DNA of 64,000 nt, from assembly GCA_963842945.1 (NCBI GenBank), contig CAWJIM010000024.1, forward strand, positions 288,001 to 352,000, read 5' to 3'. Origin of the DNA: an uncultured Gemmatimonadales bacterium. Its GTDB lineage: Bacteria; Gemmatimonadota; Gemmatimonadetes; Gemmatimonadales; GWC2-71-9. Below, piece by piece: positions 42,325-53,181 of this stretch. Position 1 is the first letter of the stretch; the number at the start of each line of letters is the position of its first letter. The notes below the pieces were generated by a model. It had not been told where the DNA came from and searched no databases. It was given only the letters and a program-made list of their open reading frames with translations. The position numbers and the translations under genes were made by a program.

Positions 42325-42351
42325 CTCAACCCCCACCTCAGACTCCGGGAA

Positions 42352-42561
42352 GTGACCGTGTCTGCCGAAACCTCGACCCCCAGCGCCTCCATACCGGCTG
42401 CGAATCCGAACGGGTTCGCTCGGACGGCGATGGCGATTTTTGCCACCATGGTTCTGCTCATCGTTGCCCTTACCGGGATTCTGGTGGAGACAACGTGGCG
42501 TGAGCCTTCCAGCTCCATCGAGGTGGCCCCACCCGATCCGGGGAGCGTCGCCCGCCGTTGA
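42352..42561 (+). CDS. Small single-TM hypothetical protein
   Basis: Hydrophobic helix; stop overlaps the next start. Confidence 0.45.
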   Translation: MTVSAETSTPSASIPAANPNGFARTAMAIFATMVLLIVALTGILVETTWREPSSSIEVAPPDPGSVARR

Positions 42562-43598
42562 GCGGAGCCGTTCGAGCCACCTGGCTGCTGGCGCTTGGAC
42601 TCGGGTCCTCTCTGGCGCCGGCGCTGGTCGCGGGACAGGTCCGCAGCCGAGGCGCAGCCTATGCGCTAACTTCTGCGGCCGATACTACAAGGGAAAAATC
42701 GAACGGCAGTTCCGCACCCTCAGCCGGAGCGGCGAGGCGCGGTGATCCGGGGCTATCTCTCCTCCTGGGGCCTCCCACCCCTTCCCGGCAATTTCACGCT
42801 CACAGACAGTGGTCTTGTGTTCCGCTCGACCAGCGGCAGCCTCTCGGCCAGAGCCGCGTACGCTCTCGTTGGCTTACGTGGATGATGAGAATGGCCGGAC
42901 TCATTACGTCTTCCGGTTAGACAGTGGTGTTTTTGAGACCGAGGCTCCGGGAGCTCTGCTTGAAGTGGCCACGAATCCACGTTGGCTCCAGAGTCAGCAA
43001 TTGGTTGATGGGACTACCGACCGGAGATCGCCGACGGCGGAACCGGGTGTTTCGCTGCAGGCAGCCCACGAAATCGGGAGCACCGCGTACGCCGATTCAC
43101 TTGTATCAGCTGTTTGGCCGGCCTCGCGCGCCCATGGGACTGATCGGCCGGCGAGGGAGCGGCCGCCGGGCGGCTGGGCGAATACATCGCGTCCCGCGAT
43201 TCCGTGGCGCTCGACCCGGGGCACATGACCGGCGTGGCGCAACTTCGTCATGCGCTGGTGCATGAGCTCGGTCACCGTTGGCAGGTCAAAGCCAGGGCTC
43301 AGCTCACTGCACTCTGGTCGGGAGTTCCAGCGATTCGCGATCCGAAGCGGTATGGCTATGATGACCGTTCGGAGCACCAGGCAGAGGCTGTTGCCTTTGC
43401 CGTCAATTTTCTGCAGACCACGGCCACGACTCGCCCGGCCATCGCAGCGAGCTCACTCGCCCTGCTCGATCATTACGAGCTGCTCGTGCCGGGAACCACC
43501 ACGATACCCGATACCTTCTGCTGCAGCCGATCTATCGCCGCCATCCACTGCGGCCGTTTCTCGCCAGCGGCAGACTCACCTACGCTCTAGAGAAGTAG
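42558..43598 (+). CDS. Secreted hypothetical protein with HExxH zincin motif (multiple frameshifts)
   Basis: Signal peptide; LRHALVHELGHRW...YG..EHQAEAVA. Confidence 0.55.
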
Positions 43599-45497
43599 CT
43601 CCCGCCGCCTCCAGAACCCGCTGTCGTTGTCCCGGCGTGAGCATCTCCCGGGCGATCACCTTTTTCACCAGTCGAGCCACGAAGGTGTAGCCCCGCGGGT
43701 CGTAGACCATCCACCGGTGCCACTCCAGCTCATCGAGCGCCTCCGCCACCTTGCTTTCCGGCAGGTCCAACACTCGAGCCAGCAGATCGAGAGAGACCCG
43801 GTCGCCCAGGACCGACGCGGCCGCCAAGGCCCGTTGGGCGCCGGGACTGAGACGGCGAAACCCCACGCGAATAGCCGCGAGCACGGTGTCGGGGAGATCC
43901 CCGGGCATGGTCTGGTCCAGCGTCTTGTACGGCTCCGGCCAGGCTCCCGCGGTGCCCCGAAGATCCAGGCCCAGGGCCACGGCCCGGAGCAACTCGACCG
44001 CCAGGAGCGGGAGCCCGGCAGAGTCGGTGGCGACCCGGCGGACTACCCGCTCGATCTCGACATCGCTGAACCCCGGCAGCATTCGCCGAGCCAGGGTGCG
44101 CAGGTCGGCGGAGCCGAGTGAGCCCAGCCGAACGGCGACGCCTCTGGACGGTATTCCCCAGCCGGCTACGGAGCGCGTCCAGCTCGGCCCGGGGCGGATG
44201 GGAGTCGGTGGCAAACAGCAGGATGACCGGTGCGGATTCGAGGTCGCGCAGAATGGCCCGGAGTGCCTGCATGGACGCAGGATCCAGCCACTGGGCATCG
44301 TCGACCGCCAGGGCGATCGGCTGCTCCTCGCTGGCCGCACGAAGGATTTCGCTCAAGGCGCGCCCCCAGGAAAGCGGAGCGCCATCGCTGGGCAGGTGGG
44401 GAAATCGGTCGGCCCATTCCGGGAGCGCGTCGGCAAATATGGCCAGAGCCCGGGCGGGTGCCGCAGCCAATCCCCTGGCCTCGAGCAGACCGCTCCGGGC
44501 GAGCCCGCGAATGCCGCTCCACTCCTCTTCGTGATCGCCTTCGACCGCACGCACCGCGGCCACGGCAACACCATCGAGTCGCAGCCTGCCGAGCAGCTCC
44601 TCCATCAGCCGGGTCTTCCCCACCCCGCTCTCGCCCTTCGAGGATCAGGGCGCACGCGTGTCGCTCGGCGCGCGCGGCCGCGGCCGCATCGGCGAGGCGT
44701 GACAGCTCGGGTTCGCGTCCCACCAACGGCAGCCGAGGCTCTCCCTCCGCTGGCTCTCCGGAGCGACCCGGCGCAGGCGGCCGGACCGTGCGCTCGTGTC
44801 GCACCCGCTCGGCCAGCGCCTGCGTCTCCGGATCGGGCTGTGCCCCAATCTCCTGCTGCAATCTCTGGGTGAACTCGTCGTAGCGTTCCAGCGCGCCGGC
44901 GCGGTCTCCTGCGAGAACCAGGCTTCGCATGATGATCCGGAGAGCGGCCTCGGAGCCGGGATCCAGGGAGAGGGCACGGGCCGCCACGGTGGACGCTTCC
45001 TGTGCCTGGCCGGCCCGGAGCAGGTCCTCGGCGTGACGGGCGAGGACCTCGATGCAGCGAAGCCGGATGGCCGATCGCTCGCTGGCCAGCCAGTTCTCGA
45101 AGTCGGATGCCCCGGCGATCGAGAAGCCTTCGAGAAACTCACCGGTGATGAGACGCGATGCCGCCTCCCATTCGCCCGCGGCTGCGTATTCCTCCAGCCG
45201 ATCGATATCGAGCTTGACCGATGCTGCTGCCAGCCGGACCTGCCCCCCGCTGGTGTCCACGTTCCCATCGCCCAGGTAACGCCGGAGCACACGGATGGCC
45301 TCATTCAGCGAATGACGAGCCGCTGCTTCGGGCTTTTCTCCCCAGAGCAGTCCGATCAGGTGCTCCCGGGCACGTCCTCGGGGAGAGCGGGCAAGGTATA
45401 CCAGCAAGCCGAGGTGCTTGCGCCAGAGCAGCTCGGATGGCGCCGGAGCACCATCCACACTCAGCCCAACAGGGCCCAGGGTCTGACAGGAGATCAT
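43576..45497 (-). CDS. BTAD (SARP-like) domain + AAA/STAND ATPase regulator (frameshifts near 44630 and 44145)
   Basis: TLGPVGL, LLVYLA, FENWLASER, Walker A GVGKTRL, Walker B AVDDAQW, GLPLLAVEL. Confidence 0.85.
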
Positions 45498-45720
45498 GCT
45501 AGGAAATTGCGCTTCGAAGCCCGACTTGAGAAGTGTGAGCGCTACGGAAGGGGCAATGTGCTGCCGAACACGGCAGCGAATCCACACCGGTGTAATCCTA
45601 AGGCGGCCTGCACCAGGAGAATTGGGTGACCGTAATGCTGCGTTGTCTCAACTGCGGATTCAGCTTCACCGTAACCTTTCCGTCGGTGGAACCGCCGCTG
45701 GATAAGAGCCGCCCGGTGGT

Positions 45721-46224
45721 CTGTGGCCACTGCAGGTCAACCCACTGGTCGTCCCAGACCTTCTAGCATCCGCCCACCTCGCGGCTCCATCCGAGCTGCG
45801 TTTCCTACTTCGGCTGCTCATCGCGGCGGTTCTGGCTGGGGTTTTAGGCTGGGAACGAGAGTCCGCCCATAAGCCGGCCGGCTTACGAACTCACATGGTG
45901 GTGGGCATAGCTTCTGCCCTGTTTACCGTGCTGGGGGAGTTGGCCCTTCAGGACCAAGCCACCGCGGTCGGGGCCGGCGCGCGAGGTGACCCGGTCCGCG
46001 TCATCCAGGCTGTCGCGGTGGGAATTGGGTTTCTGGGCTCAGGCGTCATTTTCGTCGCCAAGGAAGGCGACCGGGTCCGTGGGCTCACGACAGCCGCCTC
46101 GATCTGGGCAACCGCCGGTGTCGGAATTGCGGCCGGCTCCGGCCGATTTCTGCTGGCGGTGGGAAGTACTCTCCTCCTGATGCTGGTCTTACGGGTCATG
46201 GCGCGATTCGATCAGGATGCCTGA
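45721..46224 (+). CDS. MgtC/SapB family protein (start uncertain)
   Basis: RLLIAAVLAGVLGWERE..KPAGLRTHM, GIGFLGSGVI, GLTTAASIW. Confidence 0.88.
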   Translation: MWPLQVNPLVVPDLLASAHLAAPSELRFLLRLLIAAVLAGVLGWERESAHKPAGLRTHMVVGIASALFTVLGELALQDQATAVGAGARGDPVRVIQAVAVGIGFLGSGVIFVAKEGDRVRGLTTAASIWATAGVGIAAGSGRFLLAVGSTLLLMLVLRVMARFDQDA

Positions 46225-46293
46225 CATCCGCACTTGATTCCGGCTTGACTCCCTCCTGAGACCATTCTGCAGAGGCAGTACCGCGGAGGAGTC

Positions 46294-46745
46294 ATGTATC
46301 CAACCCCGCTCAGCTTCCTGGGTCCCCTTGGAGGCAAGCGGATTCTGATATGCGGGATCGGAGTCGAGGCAGTGGCCTTTGCGCTGGCCGGCGCCGACGT
46401 TTACGGCTTCGACCGTTCGGTCACCCAAGTAGAAGCCGTCAAGGACCTTGCTCGGAGTCTCGCTCTCCGAGGCCGGATCTCATCTCCAAACCGCGAGCAA
46501 TGGATCAGCTGGCCTATCCGGACCGATTCTTCGACTTGGCGTTCGGAAAGACGGTTCCCGAGAATGGTGATCTCGAAGCCGGGGTCAGAGAGCTGGTGCG
46601 GGTGCTGAAGGTCGGCGCGCGGGCCGCGTTCGTGCTCCGGACCGAGGACGGCCTGCTGCAGGAAACGGTACGCCGCGTCTTTGGTTCGGCGGTGCTGGGG
46701 GAATGCTGGATTGGAGTGGAGAAAAGCTGGAGCGAAGACCGCGAG
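46294..46745 (+). CDS. Class I SAM-dependent methyltransferase-like protein (frameshifted; end approximate)
   Basis: GKRILICGIG..A.AGADVYGFD; LAYPDRFFD; ELVRVLKVG. Confidence 0.6.
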
Positions 46746-46817
46746 AGCCACTGGTCGGATTCGAACCGACGACCGCTCGATTACGAATCGAGAGCTCTAC
46801 CCCTGAGCTACAGTGGC
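46746..46817 (-). tRNA. tRNA-Thr (CGT)
   Basis: GCCACTGTAGCTCAG... CTCGA-TTCGTAA-TCGAG ...GGTTCGAATCC..CAGTGGCT. Confidence 0.95.
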
Positions 46818-46829
46818 GGATACGTCGGA

Positions 46830-46911
46830 TGCCCTGGCGCGGATTCGAACCGCGACGCCTTTCGGCACTACCCCCTCAAGATAGCGTGTCTACCAGTTTC
46901 ACCACCAGGGC
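46830..46911 (-). tRNA. tRNA-Leu (GAG)
   Basis: GCCCTGGTGGTGAAACTGGTAGACACG CTATC-TTGAGGG-GGTAG, long variable arm, GGTTCGAATCC. Confidence 0.95.
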
Positions 46912-47008
46912 GGAACGGCGCAGCAAGATAGCCGCCGAGCGAAAGTGGGTCAACCCTGACGGTGCGAGCTAAGTGATTAGCTGGCCACGACTAAGGAGAC
47001 CCGCTTCC

Positions 47009-48670
47009 TTATCGATCGAAGGGACTTCCCGCAATAGGAGCCCCGTTTAACTGGATGTCCAGTCGGACGCCCCTCGTGGTCACCAGGACAAATGCGTCGG
47101 TGTAGGTACCATCCTGGTTGTCATTACAGCGAGGAGGATTCTGCGCCCGACCATTTACGACACAGACGCGAGGTTGACTTCCAGTCGCACTGATTTGTAC
47201 CTGGTCTCCGCCCCGCCCGACCAAGTTGCCTTGGCCATCCCGGACAGTAACAACCAGATCGATAGCAGCAAAAAAGCTGATCTGCCTGCGCCTGACCTCT
47301 GCCGTGCTAGTCGATGGGTCGGCTGGTCCCGGCGCCACTGTGGTGGCAGCTCTTACGTCCGGCAGTGGCTCCCCTTTGAAAACGACGGTGATGTCATCTT
47401 TTCCGGTGTGCACCGGGACGTAAGAGGCGGTGTACGACCCGCCGCTAGTCTCCGTAACCGGTATGTCGCTGGGATTTGCCCCACTGATCCGGATCGACAG
47501 GTCGGCTGACGCCCCGGGAATGTCGTTGTTGAAATCGTCCTTGAGCCGCAGCGACATGGTCGTCTTCTGCCCCGCTTCACCGTCGGAAACCGAGAGCGAG
47601 CTTCGCTGGCCCGACGGTTTGCCGGGACGAACTGCAATTTCAGGGGAGGTGACGGGAGTAAATCCCGGCGCTGAGAAGATCAGCGTTCGGGTTCCGGTCC
47701 CTGCCCGGAACTCGAGGTCGGTGAAGGTGACTCTGCCATTTTCATCACTGGTTCTGCTGGTGTTGCCTCCGAGTGACCCACCCGCGCCCACATCTACAGT
47801 GACCTTGACGTCCCCGCGGGGAAGTGGCGCGCCAGTCGGGTCCTGGAGCTGGATCTCAGGCTGCTGCTCCAGCGTTTCTCCGGCGACCGCAATGGTAGAG
47901 GGCGGCGTCACGAGGGCCAGCACCGGTTTCGGGGCAGGCACCGCGGTAGCGATGAACGCTATAGGCGGACCCTCCAGCGCCTGGGCTTCGGCAACTGCTC
48001 CGTACGATCCGGGACTGTTCCCAAGAGTGTGGGCGACTGCGGCACGCCCATCGGCTCCGGTTGTGTCGGTTTGGGGACTCACCTCACCGCCGCCGGTCGA
48101 CTGCCATATCACCTCGACTCCAGGCACTCCATTGCCGAATCGATCCACCGCCCTCACTGCCAGGGATTCCGGCAGCATGGTGCTCACCTGGGCGGTTTGA
48201 CCATTGCCCCCAGCCATCGCCAGAGACTCGGGACTTTCCGGCTGCGCGGCCACGTGGAAGCTGGTGAGACCATTGGTGTCCGGTACTATTGCAGAGGCGC
48301 GCGCCTCCACCACCTGATCTCCCGCCGTGGTGCTCAGGACATAGTGAACAGCCGCCTGGCCCGAGGCATTGGTGGTGACCGGTTCGGTGGGCTGGATCGA
48401 GGCCCCGTCTGGCGGCACAAAGGTCACCTCGACACCCGGCACCGGCCGACCGGCCGGATCGGTTACTTCGGCGACCAGCGAGTCGGCCAGGGGCTGGCCC
48501 ACAGTGGCGGTCAGATTTTCTGCGTTGACGGCCGCGATCCTGGCGGGCTCCCCGTCGCGAGGCAGCAGGAGCTCGTCTCCACCGCAGGCGGCGAGGAGAA
48601 GCAGGGTGAACAGAGAGACGGCTGGAAGGAGCGGAACGCCCCGGGCAGGATCAGTCCCCGCCATGCCCAT
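47009..48670 (-). CDS. Ig-like (Big_1/invasin-type) repeat lipoprotein
   Basis: LLAACGGDELLLP; repeats of VTDPAGRPVPGVEVTF...TNASG; filamin-like C-terminal repeats. Confidence 0.85.
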   Translation of the reverse strand: MGMAGTDPARGVPLLPAVSLFTLLLLAACGGDELLLPRDGEPARIAAVNAENLTATVGQPLADSLVAEVTDPAGRPVPGVEVTFVPPDGASIQPTEPVTTNASGQAAVHYVLSTTAGDQVVEARASAIVPDTNGLTSFHVAAQPESPESLAMAGGNGQTAQVSTMLPESLAVRAVDRFGNGVPGVEVIWQSTGGGEVSPQTDTTGADGRAAVAHTLGNSPGSYGAVAEAQALEGPPIAFIATAVPAPKPVLALVTPPSTIAVAGETLEQQPEIQLQDPTGAPLPRGDVKVTVDVGAGGSLGGNTSRTSDENGRVTFTDLEFRAGTGTRTLIFSAPGFTPVTSPEIAVRPGKPSGQRSSLSVSDGEAGQKTTMSLRLKDDFNNDIPGASADLSIRISGANPSDIPVTETSGGSYTASYVPVHTGKDDITVVFKGEPLPDVRAATTVAPGPADPSTSTAEVRRRQISFFAAIDLVVTVRDGQGNLVGRGGDQVQISATGSQPRVCVVNGRAQNPPRCNDNQDGTYTDAFVLVTTRGVRLDIQLNGAPIAGSPFDR

Positions 48671-50025
48671 CGCGTTCATGGATCTCGAAGACCTCGCTGT
48701 CGACGCTCGGTAAGCCGTCTGAGCTGGCACGCAGTCGATACTGGCCTTCCTTGTCGACGTTGAGATCATCGAAGATGGCGATGCCCGAGCGGGTCTTCTC
48801 CCGCTCATGGCCTTTGAGCTCTCCATCATCGTTGTCGCCGAGTAACTCAAGTCTAATCTCGAACTCGCCCTGAGTCACCACTTGGCCGTTCTGATCCAGC
48901 ACGGCCACCTGGACCGCCGGCTCCAGCTTCTTGTCTTTCTCCGCGGGGGATGGCTGAACCCGGAACTCGAGCCGGGTGGGGCTCGCGCTGCCTCCCCCAC
49001 CGCCACCACCGCCGTCCACCGCTCGCCACTGCCCTGAAGGTGACGAACCCGACCCCCGAGACCACAGCGTTCAGCGTGTTGACCCCGGAATTGGGGCCGA
49101 GGGTCCAGCGCACCTGCGCTTCACCATTGTCGTCGGTGGTGCTGGTGGCGCTCACACTGCCCCCACCGGTGCCAATCACCCAACTCACGGCGCGGTTGGC
49201 GACGCCGTTGCCATCTTCATCTTCCAGCCGGACAACGAGTGGCTGGCTGAGCTCCTGGTTCGGTGGGCCGGACTGATCGTTCCCGGAAACCCGAATCAGG
49301 CGGCGGGGGCCTCCCGGAGCAGCCGTGGCAGTAAAGGAGACTGGAGAGCCCTCCAGACCGTCGCTGGACGCGGTGGCGGTCTGAGTGCCCACAGTTGAGG
49401 CGAGGCTCCAGACGGTGGCGGCCTTGCCGTCGGGACCGGTGGTTGTGGTGGCCGGATCTACGCTGCCGTCTTCCGCGGCCCAGTCCACCCGAGCACCCTC
49501 GACCGGATTGCCGAACTGGTCGGTGATAAGCACCTCGAGCGGATCAGCGAGCTCAGCTCCTACCCTGTCCTCCTGACTGTTGCCGCCTGCCTCCTCTATG
49601 CGATGCGCCTCCGCCGGGTGGACAGCCGCCTGAAAGGTGACGAAGAGCTCATCGTTTCCGTCGACGCTGGCGGTAAGGGACTGGCCCCCGGCGGCTGGCC
49701 CCAGCACCCACTCCGCTTGAGCCAGCCCATCCGAGTTCGTCGTTGCTGCTTCCGGACGGACCAGAGCACCCTGAGCGTCCTCCCCGGGCGTGAAGACGAC
49801 GCGCTGGCCGGCCACGGGAGCGCCCCGCTGATCCACTACCCGGACAACGATCGGATCCTCGAGGGGGGCTCCAGCCGCTCCGTCTTGCTCGTCGCCTTGG
49901 AGCTTGGTGATGGTGGCGGGACGGGACTCGCTCGGCAGGAAGAGGTCCGATCCGCCGCACTGCGCGAGGAGGGCGAGAACGCCGATGACGGCGCCGGTTC
50001 TTCCGAGACGGACGAGTGGGTGCAT
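48651..50025 (-). CDS. Ig-like (Big_1) repeat lipoprotein (frameshift near 49020)
   Basis: AQCGGSDLFLP; three Big_1 repeats (DxxGNPV..V.W...T..DG.A..W.LG). Confidence 0.85.
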
Positions 50026-50044
50026 GAGAGCCTGGGCAGAAGCT

Positions 50045-50077
50045 AAAACCGCGCGATAAACTAGGTTATCGCGCGGT
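50045..50077 (-). terminator. Intrinsic terminator
   Basis: 12-bp perfect stem ACCGCGCGATAA/TTATCGCGCGGT, with a short T run on the minus strand. Confidence 0.65.
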
Positions 50078-50120
50078 GGGCCAGGCTGATATGAGGTGGA
50101 TCACACGAGGGAATTCGTGA

Positions 50121-51991
50121 TTACAGCACCAGAACGTTCTGACTAGTGGTGTTGGTAGCGCCCTGATCGTCTTCGACCGTCAAAGTGACCAAATACGGGA
50201 AAATACTCGCAGTGAAAGCATGGCTGGGATTCTGCTCTGTCGAGACGGGAGTTCCGTCACCAAAATTCCAGGTCCACTTGACGATCGTCGTATTGCCCTG
50301 GGGATCCGTGCTGGTGTCGGTGAACTGACACGGCGTGGCTCCAACGCAATCTGCGTGCGTAAAGGCTGCCGCAGGCGCATCGTTCGTCGGCGGCGGCTGG
50401 TTGACGTGATGCGGAGTCGTCGCCGGAGCTCGACGCAAAGATGTCGCTGCCCTTGTAGGTCGCCGTGATGTCACCCGATGCTGTGGGTGAGACCTGACAA
50501 CTACCCTGCGGAGCGGCAACCGTGCACGAAGGCGAGCCACTCACTGAGATCTCAACTTCCCCACTGGGCGTTCCGCCGGACGAGGAGACGGTGATGCTCA
50601 CCGTCACCGGCTGACCCGGGCTGGACGGATCGGGATCGTCAGCGATGATCGTGGTCGTCGTCGCGATCTTCTGCACCTCGATCTTGCTCGAGGTCGCCGA
50701 GCGGAATCCGTCGGCCGCAAAGATCAGCTTGTGCGTACCGCTGCCCGCGCTGATGCTCAGATCGCCGAACTGAGCCCGGCCGTTTGCATCGGTCGCAATG
50801 GTTTTCGTTCCGTTAAGCTGCCCATTGCCTTGGGAGAGGCTGACTGTGATCTCCACTCCCGGCACCGCCAGATCGTGTCCCTGAGCGTCCCTCACCTGGA
50901 CCACCGGAGCAGGATTCAGGGTGGCACCCACTGGTACTGACGAGGGCGGCTGAGTGGTGACAGCAAGGTTGCTGGGAGCACCGGTTCCTGTGCCGGTCGC
51001 ACTAAAGGTGACCGTACCCACGCCGGAGACCACAGCGTTCAGGGTGTTGCTGCCGGGGTTGGGACCCAGCGTCCAGGTCGTGCTGGCCTGACCATCGGGT
51101 CCGGTGTTGCTGGTCGCCGGATTGGCGCTCCCACCGCCCGCCCCAACCACCCAGCTGACCGGCCGGTCGACGATCGGGTTGCCGCCAGCATCCAGAACTC
51201 GCACCACCAGCGGCTGCGGCAGCGGAGAGCTGGTCGGCCCTTCCTGATCGTCTCCCGAGACAATGGTGATCGAGCTGGCGTTGCCCGCCGTGGCGTTGTG
51301 GGTGAAGGTCACCGCGGACCCGACGGCGGAGGCCCCGGTCTGCTGCAAACCCGCCGTCGGTCCCAGGGTGCGGGTGACGGACGTCTGTCCATCTGCTCCT
51401 GTGACGGTGGATTCCTCGCTCACCGCCCCCCCACCCTGCGCCGTCCAGGTCACGGTGACGCCGGAGATAGGATTGCCGAAACCATCGGTCACCGCCACCA
51501 CCAGAGGCTGAGGCAGCGTCGGTTCCGACCGGGGCGAATTGGTTGTCCCCGGACACCACGGTGAGCAGATTCGCGTCGGCCGCCAAAGCGGTCGCCGAGA
51601 AGCCCACGGCGATCGGGGTACTCCCCTCACTCTGATGGACCCGAGCTTCGCCCGTCAGCGGACCGACCTGGGAACCCAGGGTGATCCTGGTGCCCGCGAG
51701 GCCTTGAGCGTCGGTGACGCCGCTTTCCGGGGAGAGCGAGCCGCCGCCATTGTCTACCAGCAGCACGAAGTCAACGGTCACTCCAGCCACCGGCCGTCCC
51801 TGGCTATCGCTCACCTTCACGATGAGCGAATCCAGTGGCGAGCTCACCCGGGCTTGCTGTTCGTTTCCGCTCACGATTTCGATGCGAGCCGGCGCACCCT
51901 CACTGGGCAAGGTGAGGTTGTCGTCACTGCACGCGAAGACCAGCGGAAGTCCGGCGACCACGAGGGCCGAGAGCTTAAAGACGTTCACCAC
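50121..51991 (-). CDS. Ig-like (Big_1/Big_3) lipoprotein with C-terminal PKD domain (frameshifts near 51525 and 50415)
   Basis: VFACSDDNLTLP; Big_1 repeats; WTWNFGDG..STEQNPSHAF..YLVTLTV. Confidence 0.83.
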
Positions 51992-52258
51992 CCATCCTTG
52001 CGCGGGTTCGAGTACCAGGCGCACGATGACGCCATACAAGTGCGAGGGGGCAGTCTATTCCCACCGACCCGGAGAATAAAGGGCCTGGCTCACACCTGAC
52101 TTCTAAGTTCTGTAATGAGCGGGACCTGCGGAGGGGGAAGCAGCTTACATGCCCGGCCCGGGTGAGAGGCCGGCTTCTAAGTCTCTACCTGAGGCGGGCT
52201 TGAAACGGGTGAGCCGGAGATTGTAGCGGCAGCGCCACGCCAACCTGACCCGGCCGCC

Positions 52259-52987
52259 TCAGAAGAGGACGTTAGCCTTGAAGGTTATCTCTGATGCCAC
52301 CCCCTCGACCGCAGCGGTGAGCTTGTGGATGCCGATCCGGTCGCCCAGGGTCCATGTGGTGGTGGCCTTACCCTCCGAATCGGTTTCGGAGGTTGCCGGG
52401 CTGGCGTTGCCCTCTCCCGCAACTACCTGCCAGGTAACGGGCTTACCCGGCACCGGGTTGCCGTAGCGGTCTGTCACCTGGACAACCGGGGGAGTCATAA
52501 CCATCTGTTCACGCCGGCCCGGCTGGTCCAAGGGGGTCTGCGCCGTCAGAGCCGCCGGGGGGCCCGCTCCTGCCACAGCATGGAACTCCGCAACCTTGTC
52601 CTCACCCTCGACCCCGGTCAGTCGGGCCACCACGATGTACGAGCCGGGAACAGTCCCCAGGGTCCAGTTCGAGACAGCCTCACCGGCGGAGTTAGTGGTA
52701 GCCGACAACGGATCAACCGCGCCTCCTGCGGGGTCGGCGAGCTCGAAGGTGACCGTCAGGCCACTGACCCCCTGTTGATCCTGGTTGAGGACCCGAACAA
52801 TGAGTGGCGCGCCAAGCCTCTCGCCCACCGGGCCGTGCTGTTCGTCGCCGTTCACCTTGGTGAGCGCAACGCTCTCGGCCGCACTGCCCGGAGACTCGGG
52901 AAGGACCAGATCACTGCCGCATCCAAAGAGGCCAAGCGAGAGGACGACAAGACCCGGCCGCACGATTATTGAGGTCGTGTGGGACAT
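52259..52987 (-). CDS. Ig-like (Big_1) two-repeat lipoprotein
   Basis: LFGCGSDLVLP; TDRYGNPVPG..VTW..TDSEG.A..WTLG. Confidence 0.85.
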   Translation of the reverse strand: MSHTTSIIVRPGLVVLSLGLFGCGSDLVLPESPGSAAESVALTKVNGDEQHGPVGERLGAPLIVRVLNQDQQGVSGLTVTFELADPAGGAVDPLSATTNSAGEAVSNWTLGTVPGSYIVVARLTGVEGEDKVAEFHAVAGAGPPAALTAQTPLDQPGRREQMVMTPPVVQVTDRYGNPVPGKPVTWQVVAGEGNASPATSETDSEGKATTTWTLGDRIGIHKLTAAVEGVASEITFKANVLF

Positions 52988-53181
52988 TGATTCACGCTAT
53001 CTGGAAGTACGCCGACCCGGTAGGGTCGGATCAGGTGGGGGTGCAGCAGAATAGTCCCCTGAGCACCAAATCGGTAGTGTCTCACTCGCCCCTGGTTTGC
53101 TGCCATCACCCACCTTTCGACCGCCATTAGGTTTGGAAACCCCGCAACTGCTCTCCCTCTCGCAAGGGCCGGACCACTTTC

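Noticed and set aside
45721..45894. Non-canonical start of mgtC as a regulatory feature
   Set aside because: No in-frame ATG/GTG/TTG precedes TM1, but an indel explains this more simply given the error rate.
46746..52987. Genomic island at the tRNA-Thr/tRNA-Leu pair
   Set aside because: The Ig array lies on the 5' side of the tRNAs, and no att repeat or mobility gene was found.
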